Positions 8,180-18,692 of a stretch of 64,000 nucleotides of DNA are shown here, piece by piece (the first letter of the stretch is position 1; each line of letters starts with the position of its first letter). A program made the position numbers and the translations under genes. This DNA is from Flavobacteriales bacterium UBA3364 (GTDB lineage: Bacteria > Bacteroidota > Bacteroidia > Flavobacteriales_F > PHOS-HE28): assembly GCA_002360495.1 (NCBI GenBank), contig DEQO01000125.1, positions 8,751-72,750 of the forward strand. The letters run 5' to 3'. A model generated the notes under the pieces. It saw only the letters and a program-made list of their open reading frames with translations. It did no database searches and was not told where the DNA came from.

Positions 8180-9721
8180 ATGAGCAATCAAGAAGACCGT
8201 CTCAAGACCCTTATCGGCCATGCGAAAGAGTATGGCTTCGTGTTCCAGAGCAGCGAGATCTACGATGGACTGAGCGCCACGTACGACTACGGCCCTTATG
8301 GCGCCGAGCTGAAGAACAACATCCGCCGGTACTGGTGGGACGCCATGACGAAGCTCAACGAGAACATCGTGGGCATCGATGCAGCCATCTTCATGCACCC
8401 CACCACCTGGAAGGCCAGCGGCCACGTGGATGCCTTCAACGATCCGCTCATCGACAACAAGGACAGCAAGAAGCGCTACCGCGCCGACGTGCTCCTCGAA
8501 GAGCACATGGCCAAATACGCCGATAAGATCGAGAAGGAGGTGGAGAAGGGGAAGAAGAAGTTCGGCGAAGCATTCGATGAGGTGCAGTTCCGGGCCACCA
8601 ACCCCAACGTGAAGCGCAGCCAGGAACGCATCGATGCGGTGGAAGGTCGGATGAAGACCGCACTCGAAGCGAACGACCTCGAAGCAGTGCGCCAACTCAT
8701 CATCGACGAGGAGATCAAGTGCCCGATCAGCGGAACGGCGAACTGGACCGAGGTACGGCAGTTCAATTTGATGTTCGCCACGGAGCTCGGCAGCGTGAGC
8801 GGCGAGAGCAGCACGATCTATCTGCGGCCGGAAACAGCCCAGGGCATCTTCGTGAACTTCCTGAACGTGCAGAAGAGCGCGCGCATGAAGATCCCCTTCG
8901 GCATCGCGCAGACGGGCAAGGCCTTCCGCAACGAGATCGTGGCGCGGCAGTTCATCTTCCGCATGCGCGAGTTCGAGCAGATGGAGATGCAGTTCTTCAT
9001 CAAGCCCGGCACGCAGCAGGAGTGGTATGATACGTGGAAGGAGAAACGCATCGCCTGGCACCGCGCGTTGGGCCTGCCCGCCGACAACTACCGCTTCCAC
9101 GACCACATCAAACTGGCGCACTACGCCGACGCGGCCTGCGACATCGAGTTCAAGTTCCCCATGGGTTTCAAGGAGCTCGAGGGGATACACAGCCGCACCG
9201 ATTTCGACCTGAAGCAACATGAAGAGTACAGCGGCAAGAAGCTGCGCTACTTCGATACCGAGAGCAACGAGAGCTACATCCCGTATGTGCTGGAAACATC
9301 GATCGGCCTGGACCGGATGTTCCTCGCCGTGCTGAGCGCAGCGTATGTGGAAGAGAAGTTGGAGAACGGTGAAGAGCGCGTGGTGCTTCGCATTCCCGCG
9401 CCCCTGGCCCCGGTGAAGATCGCCGTGCTACCACTGATCAAAAAGGACGGTCTTCCCGAGAAGGCGCGCGAGATCATCGATCAACTGAAGCTCTCGCACA
9501 ACTGCCAGTTCGATGACAAGGACAGCATCGGGAAACGTTACCGCCGGCAGGACGCGATCGGCACGCCCTACTGCATCACCATCGATCACGATACCCTAAC
9601 CGACAACAAGGTGACCATCCGTGACCGTGATACCATGCAACAGGAACGCGTGGCGATCACCGCTCTTGATCGCATCGTGAGCGAGAAGGTGGATCTGCGG
9701 GGGTTGTTGCGGAAGCTGTAG
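8180..9721 (+). CDS. glyQS: Glycine--tRNA ligase (homodimeric class II type)
   Basis: 513 aa. The N-terminus reads LIGHAKEYGFVFQSSEIYDGLSATYDYGPYGAELKNNIRRYWW. Confidence 0.97.
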   Translation: MSNQEDRLKTLIGHAKEYGFVFQSSEIYDGLSATYDYGPYGAELKNNIRRYWWDAMTKLNENIVGIDAAIFMHPTTWKASGHVDAFNDPLIDNKDSKKRYRADVLLEEHMAKYADKIEKEVEKGKKKFGEAFDEVQFRATNPNVKRSQERIDAVEGRMKTALEANDLEAVRQLIIDEEIKCPISGTANWTEVRQFNLMFATELGSVSGESSTIYLRPETAQGIFVNFLNVQKSARMKIPFGIAQTGKAFRNEIVARQFIFRMREFEQMEMQFFIKPGTQQEWYDTWKEKRIAWHRALGLPADNYRFHDHIKLAHYADAACDIEFKFPMGFKELEGIHSRTDFDLKQHEEYSGKKLRYFDTESNESYIPYVLETSIGLDRMFLAVLSAAYVEEKLENGEERVVLRIPAPLAPVKIAVLPLIKKDGLPEKAREIIDQLKLSHNCQFDDKDSIGKRYRRQDAIGTPYCITIDHDTLTDNKVTIRDRDTMQQERVAITALDRIVSEKVDLRGLLRKL

Positions 9722-9866
9722 TCCCAAGGAGCGGACCCTCCGACCTTTCGGTACCGACCGTTGGATGAACCGTTCGTGCCGTTGGCTGTGGCGCACTAAC
9801 GTTCACGGCGATGGCGATGGTAGGTTGGCATGGAAGAACTCCTTGTCCAACCAACTCCGACCGACC

Positions 9867-11651
9867 ATGGACCGAGCGCTGACCATCCTGTTCGCTTTCG
9901 CTCTCTTGATCCGCGAAGGCACCGCCCAAAGCACCGCGATACTGCATGTGAACGAGGTACAGATGCAGGTCCACTCCAACGGCTTTATCGGTGAAGGGGC
10001 CGGGGCTCCGGGGTCCGGGTTCTCTTTACCGAACGGCGCCAGTGCGATGCATTCCTCGGGTCTATGGATGGGGGGCCGAACTCCCGTCAACCAGCTGAAC
10101 TTGGCCGCGCACCTTTTCAACGATGCAATGGACTTTTTTCCAGGTCCGCTGACCAATGATGGAGCAGCGGGTATTTCGACCGACGTTTCCGAGCAGTACG
10201 ATCGCGTTTGGAGCGTTGGCGCTGCCGAGATAGCACTTCACCGCAACTACTTCGACTGCGTGGAGAACCCCGAGTGCGACGTGGCGACGGAATTCCCGAA
10301 CGGGTATCAGATCCCTCAAACGATCCTTGATTGGCCCGCGATGGGTGATCCATCCCTCGGCCAATCCCTATACCTGGCCCCTTTCGTGGACCATGACATG
10401 GACGGCGACTACACCCCCGCGAACGGCGATCACCCCTGCACCGCAGGCGATGGAGCGCTGTACGTGATCTACAACGACAGGCTCGCACCTCACGCCCAAA
10501 GCGGTGGCGGGGGCATCGGCCTGGAGGTGCACATGATGCCTTTCGCATACGCCAACACCGATCCGTTCCTGGAACAGACCGTATTCGTCCATTACACCAT
10601 CAACAACCGAGGTACGCAAACACTGAACGACTTCCGCATCGGCAACTTTGCCGACCTCGACATCGGATGCAGTAATGATGATGTCATCGGCACGGATGTT
10701 GGCCGCAACATGGTGTATATCTACAATGGGGATGACGTCGATGACGCCGACTGCCAGGGAACGATCGGCTTCGGAGAGCAACCACCCGCCTTCGGGATGG
10801 TCATCCTTAAAGGTCCGCGTTTGGATCAGGATGGTTTGGACAATGACCTTGAACCGGCCATTCCTGCTTTCAATGGAAGCGGATATGATGATGGGGTCAT
10901 CGACAACGAACGGCATGGTCTGGACCGCTCGATGTACTTCAACCGCGAGGGTCCCGGCCCACGAACAGACCCTACGATCACTGCGCACTTCGCTCAGTAC
11001 ATGAACTCCACCTGGAAAGATGGGACACCATTGACCTACGGCGGAAGTGGTTACGCGGACACCCCCGGTGCACCCGCGGCATTGTTCGCCTATCCCGGAG
11101 ACTCCGACCCTCTTGGCCTGGGAACGTACGGTGTTCCACAACCACCGTGGGCAGCGGACCTTGCAACTTCACCGCAGGATCCACGTGGCTTGGCGATCAT
11201 GGGGCCGATAACCCTTGAACCCGGCGCGGAACATGACATCTTGATCGCCTACGTCCTTGCGCGAGCTACTGCTGGTGGAGCGTTGGCCAGTGTTGCCGCC
11301 CTCCAACAACGCGTGGATAGCGTCGCAGCATTCGCGGAGACCATTCCTGGACTTATGGCAACGGGCACAGCTTGCGATGGCGTGGTCACTTCCGGCATTC
11401 ATGACCACCCCGGCATGTCCACACTGGCCCTATATCCGGTTCCCGTTGCCAGCACATTAACGGTGCGAACTTCAGATGTGCAGCGCGGGACCGCGCTGCA
11501 CGTGTTCGATATGCGTGGTGTTCTGATCGCACAGGTCCCGACAACTGGCGCAACCACGACCATCGACCTGGCAGGGCTCGCTCCCGGACCGTACGCGTTA
11601 CGCACGGTTGGAGGAAGAACCGTTCATACCGGCCGCTTCATCAAAGAGTAG
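9867..11651 (+). CDS. Secreted protein of unknown function with T9SS type A C-terminal sorting domain
   Basis: I moved the start to the internal ATG that gives signal peptide MDRALTILFAFALLIREGTAQS. The C-terminus is LALYPVPVAS...VFDMRGVLI...LAPGPYALRT. Confidence 0.8.
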   Translation: MDRALTILFAFALLIREGTAQSTAILHVNEVQMQVHSNGFIGEGAGAPGSGFSLPNGASAMHSSGLWMGGRTPVNQLNLAAHLFNDAMDFFPGPLTNDGAAGISTDVSEQYDRVWSVGAAEIALHRNYFDCVENPECDVATEFPNGYQIPQTILDWPAMGDPSLGQSLYLAPFVDHDMDGDYTPANGDHPCTAGDGALYVIYNDRLAPHAQSGGGGIGLEVHMMPFAYANTDPFLEQTVFVHYTINNRGTQTLNDFRIGNFADLDIGCSNDDVIGTDVGRNMVYIYNGDDVDDADCQGTIGFGEQPPAFGMVILKGPRLDQDGLDNDLEPAIPAFNGSGYDDGVIDNERHGLDRSMYFNREGPGPRTDPTITAHFAQYMNSTWKDGTPLTYGGSGYADTPGAPAALFAYPGDSDPLGLGTYGVPQPPWAADLATSPQDPRGLAIMGPITLEPGAEHDILIAYVLARATAGGALASVAALQQRVDSVAAFAETIPGLMATGTACDGVVTSGIHDHPGMSTLALYPVPVASTLTVRTSDVQRGTALHVFDMRGVLIAQVPTTGATTTIDLAGLAPGPYALRTVGGRTVHTGRFIKE

Positions 11652-11783
11652 GTACCGCGATAGCACTTGTTGTTAAGGGCGGGATCCTCCGGGTTCCTCG
11701 GTCGCTTGACACGCACCTGGGTTTCTCACCTCTTTTCATCTCCGCATTCCGCACGAAGCCGTAATTTCGCGTCCCCAACACCT

Positions 11784-11865
11784 ACCCAGGTGGCGGAATT
11801 GGTAGACGCGCTGGTCTCAAACACCAGTGATGCAAGTCGTGCGGGTTCGACTCCCGCCCTGGGTA
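11784..11865 (+). tRNA. tRNA-Leu (anticodon CAA)
   Basis: Cloverleaf read by hand. Acceptor stem ACCCAGG/CCTGGGT, anticodon stem CTGGT/ACCAG with loop CTCAAAC, a long variable arm, T-arm GCGGG-TTCGACT-CCCGC, discriminator A. CCA is not encoded. Confidence 0.9.
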
Positions 11866-11872
11866 CTCGAAA

Positions 11873-11895
11873 CACGGCCGCTCAACGCGGCCGTG
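11873..11895 (+). terminator. Perfect 9-bp hairpin just after the tRNA
   Basis: CACGGCCGC-tcaac-GCGGCCGTG with no T-tract. It could be a terminator or a processing signal. It lies 13 nt before the next start codon. Confidence 0.4.
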
Positions 11896-11908
11896 CCACT
11901 TAGGACCC

Positions 11909-12364
11909 ATGTCCACGGCACAGGATACCATCGTTCACGCCGACCCCACCAAGCAGGAGCGTTACGACCGTGCGTACATGAAGATGGCCTTGGAGTGGGC
12001 CAAGCTCAGCCACTGTGTCCGCAAGAAGGTAGGCGCCTTGATCGTTAAGGAGGGCATGATCATCAGCGATGGGTACAACGGCACGCCTACCGGCTTTTCG
12101 AACGATTGTGAGGATCCGAGCGGTAATACACATTGGTACGTCCTTCACGCGGAGGCCAATGCGATCCTGAAGGTGGCCCGGAGCACGAACAATGCCCGAG
12201 CGGCTACGTTGTACCTGACACACTCCCCCTGCAAGGAGTGCAGCAAGCTGATCCTGCAGTCCGGCATTAAACGACTGGTCTACCTGGATGCTTACAAGGA
12301 CACCGCCGGTCTTGACCTATTGAAGGACGGGGGCCTGCTCGTAACCAAATTGGATCCCCAGTAA
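11909..12364 (+). CDS. dCMP deaminase (ComEB-type cytidine/deoxycytidylate deaminase)
   Basis: 151 aa with zinc motifs HAEANAI and SPCKECSKLI. Confidence 0.9.
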   Translation: MSTAQDTIVHADPTKQERYDRAYMKMALEWAKLSHCVRKKVGALIVKEGMIISDGYNGTPTGFSNDCEDPSGNTHWYVLHAEANAILKVARSTNNARAATLYLTHSPCKECSKLILQSGIKRLVYLDAYKDTAGLDLLKDGGLLVTKLDPQ

Positions 12365-12365
12365 G

Positions 12366-13994
12366 ATGTCCGAGCCACGCCGCGGCCTTTCCCCATTCTT
12401 CCCCCTGCTGCTCGCAGTGGCGTTGGTGGCCGGGCTCTTCATCGGACAGGACATCGCCTCCACGTCGGGTGGGCCGCTCGCCGTGTTCCAGTTGCGCCAG
12501 CCCAGTGCCTCGGACAAGATCGGCCAGGTGCTGGACCTCATCGATCAGCAGTACGTGGACACTGTGCAGAAGAACGCCTTGGTGGACGAGGTGCTTCAGG
12601 ACATCCTGCAACGCCTTGATCCGCACAGTTACTACATCAGCGCAGCGGAGATCCGTGCTGCACAAGAACCGTTGGAAGGCAGTTTCGACGGCATCGGTGT
12701 GGAGTTCGCCATCCAGCGCGATACCGTTGTGGTGATCTCGCCGGTGGAGGGCGGACCGAGCGCTGCCGTGGGGATCCGTGCAGGAGATCGCATCATTTCG
12801 GCGAACGGTGAGAAGATCGCCGGCATCAACATCACCAATGAGCAAGTGATGAAACACCTTCGTGGGCCGAAGGGAAGCGAGGTGGTCGTAGGGATACTGC
12901 GGCATGGCAAGCCGAAGCCCTTCGATGTGGCCATCGAACGGGGGAAGATCCCGATCAACAGTGTGGCTGCTTCGATGATCGATGCCAACGGGACGGGCTA
13001 CATCAAGCTCGTACGCTTCGCCAAGAACACACACACCGAGTTCGTCGCTGCAGCCGACGCGTTGAAGGAAAAGGGAATGAAGCGGCTCGTACTGGACCTG
13101 CGTGGGAATGGAGGGGGTTTCCTCAATTCCGCCATCGACCTGGCCGATGAATTCCTGCCCAGTGGTCGTGATATCGTTTACACCGAAGGGCGGCATTCCC
13201 CAAGGCAGGATGCCAAAGCCACGCGCAAAGGCGGGTACGAGGACATTCCCCTCGCAGTGCTCATCGATGAAGGATCGGCCAGTGCCAGTGAGATCATCGC
13301 CGGTGCGATCCAGGACAATGATCGTGGACTTCTCGTCGGTCGCCGAACATTCGGAAAGGGATTGGTGCAGGAACATGTCCCGTTGCCGGACAGTAGCGCG
13401 GTGCGCATCACGACAGCGCGGTACTACACTCCAAGCGGGCGATCCATCCAACGTCCGTACGGCGAAGGCATCGACTACATGGACGACTTCGAGGCGCGCG
13501 CAGGTCATGGTGAACTGTTGAACGCCGACAGCATTCCCACGGACACGACCAAGGAGTACACCACGCTGAAGGGAAGGACGGTCTATGGCGGCGGCGGTAT
13601 CACCCCCGATCTCTTCGTACCCACGGATACCACGGAGAGCTCCAGTTACCTCACCGACCTGTTCTTCAGTGGTACGTTGAACCAGTTCTCCTTCGATATT
13701 GCCGATCGCGACAGGGCGAAACTGCTGGCCCGGTACAAGACCTCGGCCGAGTTCGCAGAACAGTTCACCGTTGGTGCGGCGCTCCTGGCGGACCTGGACC
13801 GCTATGCGGCCACCCAGAAGATACTCGTCCGTCCGGGTGATGCCGTCCGTTCCCGCAGCCAGATCGCCACGCGCCTCAAGGCCGGGATCGCCCGGAACGT
13901 GTGGGGCGACGATGGCTACTACCGCATACTGCTGGAAAAGGACCCTGCCTACCAACGGGCCGCGCAGGAACTTTCCATGATGATCGCCCAGTGA
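12366..13994 (+). CDS. S41 family carboxyl-terminal processing peptidase
   Basis: 542 aa. It has a PDZ segment (GPSAAVGIRAGDRIISANGEKIAG) and the motifs LDLRGNGGG and GSASASEIIAGAIQDNDRG...GKG. Confidence 0.93.
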   Translation: MSEPRRGLSPFFPLLLAVALVAGLFIGQDIASTSGGPLAVFQLRQPSASDKIGQVLDLIDQQYVDTVQKNALVDEVLQDILQRLDPHSYYISAAEIRAAQEPLEGSFDGIGVEFAIQRDTVVVISPVEGGPSAAVGIRAGDRIISANGEKIAGINITNEQVMKHLRGPKGSEVVVGILRHGKPKPFDVAIERGKIPINSVAASMIDANGTGYIKLVRFAKNTHTEFVAAADALKEKGMKRLVLDLRGNGGGFLNSAIDLADEFLPSGRDIVYTEGRHSPRQDAKATRKGGYEDIPLAVLIDEGSASASEIIAGAIQDNDRGLLVGRRTFGKGLVQEHVPLPDSSAVRITTARYYTPSGRSIQRPYGEGIDYMDDFEARAGHGELLNADSIPTDTTKEYTTLKGRTVYGGGGITPDLFVPTDTTESSSYLTDLFFSGTLNQFSFDIADRDRAKLLARYKTSAEFAEQFTVGAALLADLDRYAATQKILVRPGDAVRSRSQIATRLKAGIARNVWGDDGYYRILLEKDPAYQRAAQELSMMIAQ

Positions 13995-14016
13995 ACAAGG
14001 CTGGGCTGGAAAAAGA

Positions 14017-14040
14017 GAAAGGGGCCGAATGGCCCCTTTC
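14017..14040. terminator. Bidirectional hairpin between convergent genes
   Basis: GAAAGGGGCC-gaat-GGCCCCTTTC is a perfect 10-bp stem, flanked by an A-run on the 5' side and by T's in the 3' arm. Confidence 0.6.
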
Positions 14041-14060
14041 GCGGTTCAATGGTCGGTAGC

Positions 14061-14324
14061 TTAGTGAGCTACGGCCTCCGTGGCAGCTTCGGTAGCAGCG
14101 GCAGCAGCATCGGTAGCAGCTGCGGCAGCGGTATCAGCAGCAGCAGCAGCAGCAGCAGCGGCCTCAGCGGCAGCGGCTTCAGCCTCAGCGGCAGCCTTAT
14201 CCATCATTTCTTGAGCAGAGTTGGCAGTCTCGTCGGCAGCGTTCTCCATGGTCTCCGGAGCGCTGCTGCTGCAGGCTACGAACATCGCTGCCATAGTGGC
14301 GAGCAGTGCGAACTTCTTGATCAT
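14061..14324 (-). CDS. Small alanine-rich lipoprotein (87 aa)
   Basis: Lipoprotein-type signal [18 protein letters not shown], followed by a low-complexity Ala/Glu/Thr tail. The opposite strand is also open (see findings). Confidence 0.5.
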   Translation of the reverse strand: MIKKFALLATMAAMFVACSSSAPETMENAADETANSAQEMMDKAAAEAEAAAAEAAAAAAAAADTAAAAATDAAAAATEAATEAVAH

Positions 14325-14452
14325 TTACGTGTACTTTTTTGGTGAAAGTGGGCGCAAAGGTAGAAGGATGTTCCATTCCCACAACAGGATCGGCCTCACC
14401 GTGCCTACCTTCGACCTTCCATTCGACCAAATCACGCCAGAAACCGACCAAA

Positions 14453-15061
14453 ATGGCCTTCACACTTCCCGAACTACCCTACGCGCACAACGCGCTGGAG
14501 CCCCACATCGACGCACGAACCATGGAGATCCACCATGGCAAGCACCACAATGCCTACGTCACCAACCTGAACAAAGCTCTGGAGGGTTCGCCCCTTGCGG
14601 ACAAGTCCATTGAGGACCTGATGAAGGCCCTGGACATGACCAATATGGCCGTTCGCAACAACGGCGGCGGGCATTACAACCATAGCCTGTTCTGGAAAGT
14701 GATGGCCCCTAACGCTGGTGGGAAGCCGGACGGGGCTTTGGCGAGTGCGATCGACCGCGACTTCGGTTCGTTCGACGCTTTCAAGGAGAAATTCGCAGCC
14801 GCAGGTACCACCCGTTTCGGCAGTGGCTGGGCTTGGCTCTGTGTCCAAAAAGGCGGTAAGCTCGAGGTATGCAGTACCCCGAACCAGGACAATCCGTTGA
14901 TGCCCGATACCGGATGCGGTGGCACACCCGTTCTCGGCATGGACGTTTGGGAGCACGCCTACTACCTGCACTACCAGAACCGTCGCCCGGACTACATCGC
15001 CGCTTTCTGGAACGTGGTGAACTGGCCCGAAGTGGCCCGTCGCTATGATGCTGGGAAGTAG
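14453..15061 (+). CDS. Superoxide dismutase, Fe/Mn family
   Basis: I trimmed the start to [32 protein letters not shown]. The C-terminal motif is [18 protein letters not shown]. Confidence 0.95.
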   Translation: MAFTLPELPYAHNALEPHIDARTMEIHHGKHHNAYVTNLNKALEGSPLADKSIEDLMKALDMTNMAVRNNGGGHYNHSLFWKVMAPNAGGKPDGALASAIDRDFGSFDAFKEKFAAAGTTRFGSGWAWLCVQKGGKLEVCSTPNQDNPLMPDTGCGGTPVLGMDVWEHAYYLHYQNRRPDYIAAFWNVVNWPEVARRYDAGK

Positions 15062-15078
15062 GTCCGGTCGTTGATCGC

Positions 15079-15111
15079 ACGGGCGCCGGTGGACCCTTCT
15101 TCCGCGCCCGT
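15079..15111 (+). terminator. Hairpin downstream of the SOD gene
   Basis: ACGGGCGC-(17 nt)-GCGCCCGT, an 8-bp perfect stem 18 nt after the stop. Confidence 0.4.
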
Positions 15112-15141
15112 TCCACTCCCATCCGTGCTCGACGCCAGATC

Positions 15142-15498
15142 GTGAAACCCCTCCTGCTCGTCCTCTTCGTCGCCTTGGCCGCCCCCGCATGGGCAGGAGG
15201 TCCGTTCGTTGCGAAGAACATGATCGTCCTGGACGATAGTGTCGAGGTGACGGTCGAGAACGAACGGGCGATCAGCAGTGCGTTGGCCGTGTTGCTCGGG
15301 CCTTTCGGCGCGCACCGGATCTATCTGGGGACCACGCCCAAGGTCGCCATCATCTACGGGGTCACCTTCGGTGGTTTCGGGGTCCTGGTCCTGCTGGACC
15401 TTGGTCACCTGCTGTTCTCGCGCGACTTGGCGGCCTACCGCAACAACGATCGCGTGTTCATGTGGGGCAAGCCGAAAGAACGGCTCACTCCACAGTGA
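15142..15498 (+). CDS. TM2 domain-containing membrane protein
   Basis: GTG start, signal-like N-terminus, and the GPFGAHRIYLG motif followed by a hydrophobic helix. Its 3' end overlaps glmS by 14 nt. Confidence 0.8.
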   Translation: MKPLLLVLFVALAAPAWAGGPFVAKNMIVLDDSVEVTVENERAISSALAVLLGPFGAHRIYLGTTPKVAIIYGVTFGGFGVLVLLDLGHLLFSRDLAAYRNNDRVFMWGKPKERLTPQ

Positions 15499-17329
15499 CG
15501 CTCTTCGCCAGGTTGCGTGGCTGGTCCACGTTGCAGTTCCGCATCACGGCGATGTGGTAGCTGATCAGCTGGAACGGCACCACGCTCAGCAGTGGTACCA
15601 AGGCATCCGGCGTTTCGGGGATCTCGATCACATGATCGGCCAGACCCTTCACCACCGTGTCCCCTTCGGTAACGATGGCGATGATCTTGCCTTTGCGCGC
15701 CTTCACCTCCTGGATGTTGCTGACCACTTTCTCGTAGCTCGCTCCTTTGGTGGCGATCACGAACACCGGCATGGCATCGTCGATCAAGGCGATCGGGCCG
15801 TGCTTCATTTCCGCGGCAGGATAACCTTCGGCATGGATGTAGCTGATCTCCTTCAACTTCAACGCCCCCTCCAACGCCACCGGGAAGCAGTAGCCACGGC
15901 CCAGATAAAGGGCGTTCGAAGCATCCTTGTAGATGTCGGCGATGTACTTGATCTGCTCCTCGGACCCGAGCACCTTCTGGACCTTGTCCGGAATGGCGTC
16001 CAACTCGTTCAATAGCCGGTAGAAGTTGCCGCCGCTGAGCATGCCCTTCTTCTTGCCGATCATCAAGGCCATCAACGTAAGAACGGTCACCTGCGCGGTG
16101 AACGCCTTCGTACTGGCCACACCGATCTCCGGACCAGCGTGCGTGTAAGAGCCCGCATGTGTGACGCGTGCGATGCTGCTCCCAACGACGTTACAGATGC
16201 CGATGATGGTGGCCCCCCGGTTCTTCGCCAGTTCTATGGCGGCAAGCGTGTCCGCCGTTTCACCGCTCTGGCTGATGGCGATCACGAGATCGTCCTCGCC
16301 GACGATCGGATTGCGATATCTGAACTCACTGGCGTACTCCACTTCGACCGGGATGCGCGCAAACTCCTCAAAGAGGTATTCACCCACCATTCCCGCATGC
16401 CAACTCGTGCCGCAGCCAACGATGAGGATACGCTTTGCATTGACGAATTTCTGCTCGTAATCCTTGATACCGCCGAGAACGACCTCTCCTTTCGAGAGGT
16501 TCAAACGACCGCGCAAACAATCCCGGATGCTCCGTGACTGTTCGTGGATCTCCTTGAGCATGAAATGGTCGTATCCGCCCTTCTCCAGCGCCTCCAGGTG
16601 CATCTCCAGCTCCTGGATGAACGGTGTCTTGTCCTGGTTCTTGATGTTGCGGATCTTCAACCCCTTGTTGCGATCCATGACCGCGATCTCGCCATCCTCC
16701 AAGTACACCACGTTCTTGGTGTGTTCCACGATCGGTGTCGCATCGCTGGCCGCGAAGTGCTCCCCGTTCTCGCCGATGCCGATCACCAACGGCGAACTCT
16801 TGCGGGCAGCCACCATCACATCAGGGGACTTGCGATCGAGCACGACAATGGCATACGCTCCAACCACGCTGTCCAGCGCCAACCGGACCGCCTCTGCCAG
16901 ATCCACCTTTTCGGTCCGCTGGATGTCGTCGATCAAATGCACGAGCACCTCGGTGTCCGTATCGCTGCGGAATTTGTGCCCGCGGTGGATCAACTCCTCC
17001 TTGATAGCGGCATAGTTCTCGATGATCCCGTTGTGGATCAGCGCCAGATCACCACTGGTGCCTTGGTGCGGGTGGGCGTTCACGTCGTTGGGTGGCCCGT
17101 GCGTTGCCCAACGGGTATGTCCGATCCCAACACTGCCTTTCGTGGAATGACCGTTCACATGCGATTCCAGGTCGCTCACCTTGCCTTGGCACTTGTAGAT
17201 CGCGAGGTTGTCACCTTGCAACAAGGCTACGCCGGCACTATCGTACCCGCGGTACTCCAAGCGGCGCAAGCCGTTGATCAGGATGGGGTAGGCTTCCTTA
17301 TCGCCCAGGTAGGCCACGATTCCACACAT
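15485..17329 (-). CDS. glmS: Glutamine--fructose-6-phosphate aminotransferase
   Basis: 614 aa. The N-terminus is MCGIVAYLG (Cys2 nucleophile), followed by two SIS domains, and the C-terminus is NLAKSVTVE. Confidence 0.97.
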   Translation of the reverse strand: MCGIVAYLGDKEAYPILINGLRRLEYRGYDSAGVALLQGDNLAIYKCQGKVSDLESHVNGHSTKGSVGIGHTRWATHGPPNDVNAHPHQGTSGDLALIHNGIIENYAAIKEELIHRGHKFRSDTDTEVLVHLIDDIQRTEKVDLAEAVRLALDSVVGAYAIVVLDRKSPDVMVAARKSSPLVIGIGENGEHFAASDATPIVEHTKNVVYLEDGEIAVMDRNKGLKIRNIKNQDKTPFIQELEMHLEALEKGGYDHFMLKEIHEQSRSIRDCLRGRLNLSKGEVVLGGIKDYEQKFVNAKRILIVGCGTSWHAGMVGEYLFEEFARIPVEVEYASEFRYRNPIVGEDDLVIAISQSGETADTLAAIELAKNRGATIIGICNVVGSSIARVTHAGSYTHAGPEIGVASTKAFTAQVTVLTLMALMIGKKKGMLSGGNFYRLLNELDAIPDKVQKVLGSEEQIKYIADIYKDASNALYLGRGYCFPVALEGALKLKEISYIHAEGYPAAEMKHGPIALIDDAMPVFVIATKGASYEKVVSNIQEVKARKGKIIAIVTEGDTVVKGLADHVIEIPETPDALVPLLSVVPFQLISYHIAVMRNCNVDQPRNLAKSVTVE

Positions 17330-17335
17330 GCGGGT

Positions 17336-18679
17336 TCAGTATGTGGTAAATGTAAGTTCCAGGCGCATCGGATGATCGGGATGGTCCGGCCCGTTGAGGA
17401 TCGCCCTGTTGGCGCTTACGCCATTGCTGCTGGTGACCAGCTCCACTCCGTTGTCCGGGATCGAACCGTTCATTACCCCCTGCACGTACCGCGTGATCGC
17501 GAACCGGTATTCCTGTGCCGTGGTGTTGAACGTTCCTCCGATACCCCCTATGCCCTGTGATTCGTCCGGGAGAAATTGGTCACTGCCATTGACCTGGCGG
17601 AAAAGGAACAGCAGTGAAGGGGGTGGGTAGTACGGGTAGTAGGTCCCTGCAATGGGCAGCACCAGTTCGGCCTTGGCCAGCGCAAGACGCTGGTCGGCAT
17701 AGGCCGCCAAACCCGGGAACCGGATGGCCGCGCGCGAGCCGCCGAGAGTTTGCAGATAGAGGAGCGGGGCCGGTGCGGAGGAATCCTGCAACGCTTGTTC
17801 CACGGCGGGAGAAAGGGCCTGCGACCGATCGCGCTCCAAGACCGTGTAGCGCACACAGTTGCTGTTCATCAGCATATCGAAGGTGCGCCCCAGGTCCGGT
17901 TGGTTGTTCGCATCCTTGTAGTAGACCGTCAACTTGCTGGCACTGCTCAGGGTGTTGATGTGCAGGATGCCCGCTTGATAGGGGACCTGTGTGCCGTTGT
18001 CGACCGCGATATGCAATCCCTTGAAGAACGCCAGGAATGAGGTATTGTCGACCAGGTCCGGTGTTCCGAATGCATCGAGGAACCGCTCCGCCAACTCATC
18101 CTTCAAACGGATCCGGAGCTGGGGCACCAAGGTGTCATTGGTCACGGCAACGGGGTTGAAGGGATCCGGTGTGATCAGGCTCCGGTGCGGATATACCAGG
18201 TCGTTCGCCACAACGTCCGGAATATCATCGGTATGGTACAGGCTGTCGAAATACAGGTCCTCGGCGACCTCGAATACCCTGAACTCCTGCGCATTCAAAT
18301 TGCCGTAGCTGGAATTGGGCAGCTCGAAGGCAAGGGCCAGCACAATACTGTCGGCGCGCAATCCGGAGTTATCCTGGTTCAGGCCTACGTTGCTGGTGGC
18401 AAGCCGGACCTGCGCCACGATGCCGGTCTTGACCAGACCAAAATCCGGGTCCACATAGGATCCGACCAGGTTCCGTGTCAGTCCGCTCGTGCGCAACACT
18501 GTATCTGCGAACGAAAACGCCCTCAATGTCGAGGTGTCGACCAGCGTACCCAATGGATCACCCGGCAGCAGCGCCAAACCCAAGTCCTCGTCGGGCTTCT
18601 TGCAGCCTGTTTGCAGCAGCAATACCCCTGCCAGCACGACGGCCCAAAGTGGCCCGCCAGCGGTCGTAATCCGTTGCAT
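17336..18679 (-). CDS. DUF4270-family lipoprotein
   Basis: I trimmed the start to MQRITTAGGPLWAVVLAGVLLLQTGC (lipobox). The position between short glycogen synthase and glmS is typical for DUF4270 in Bacteroidota, from memory. Confidence 0.75.
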   Translation of the reverse strand: MQRITTAGGPLWAVVLAGVLLLQTGCKKPDEDLGLALLPGDPLGTLVDTSTLRAFSFADTVLRTSGLTRNLVGSYVDPDFGLVKTGIVAQVRLATSNVGLNQDNSGLRADSIVLALAFELPNSSYGNLNAQEFRVFEVAEDLYFDSLYHTDDIPDVVANDLVYPHRSLITPDPFNPVAVTNDTLVPQLRIRLKDELAERFLDAFGTPDLVDNTSFLAFFKGLHIAVDNGTQVPYQAGILHINTLSSASKLTVYYKDANNQPDLGRTFDMLMNSNCVRYTVLERDRSQALSPAVEQALQDSSAPAPLLYLQTLGGSRAAIRFPGLAAYADQRLALAKAELVLPIAGTYYPYYPPPSLLFLFRQVNGSDQFLPDESQGIGGIGGTFNTTAQEYRFAITRYVQGVMNGSIPDNGVELVTSSNGVSANRAILNGPDHPDHPMRLELTFTTY

Positions 18680-18692
18680 GGACGTCACTGCC

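Noticed and set aside
14049-14345. Ser/Gly-rich 98-aa + strand ORF.
   Set aside because: It is the mirror image of the Ala-rich lipoprotein gene. It has no signal peptide or recognisable start context, whereas the minus-strand product has a canonical lipobox. It is kept as an open question in the findings.
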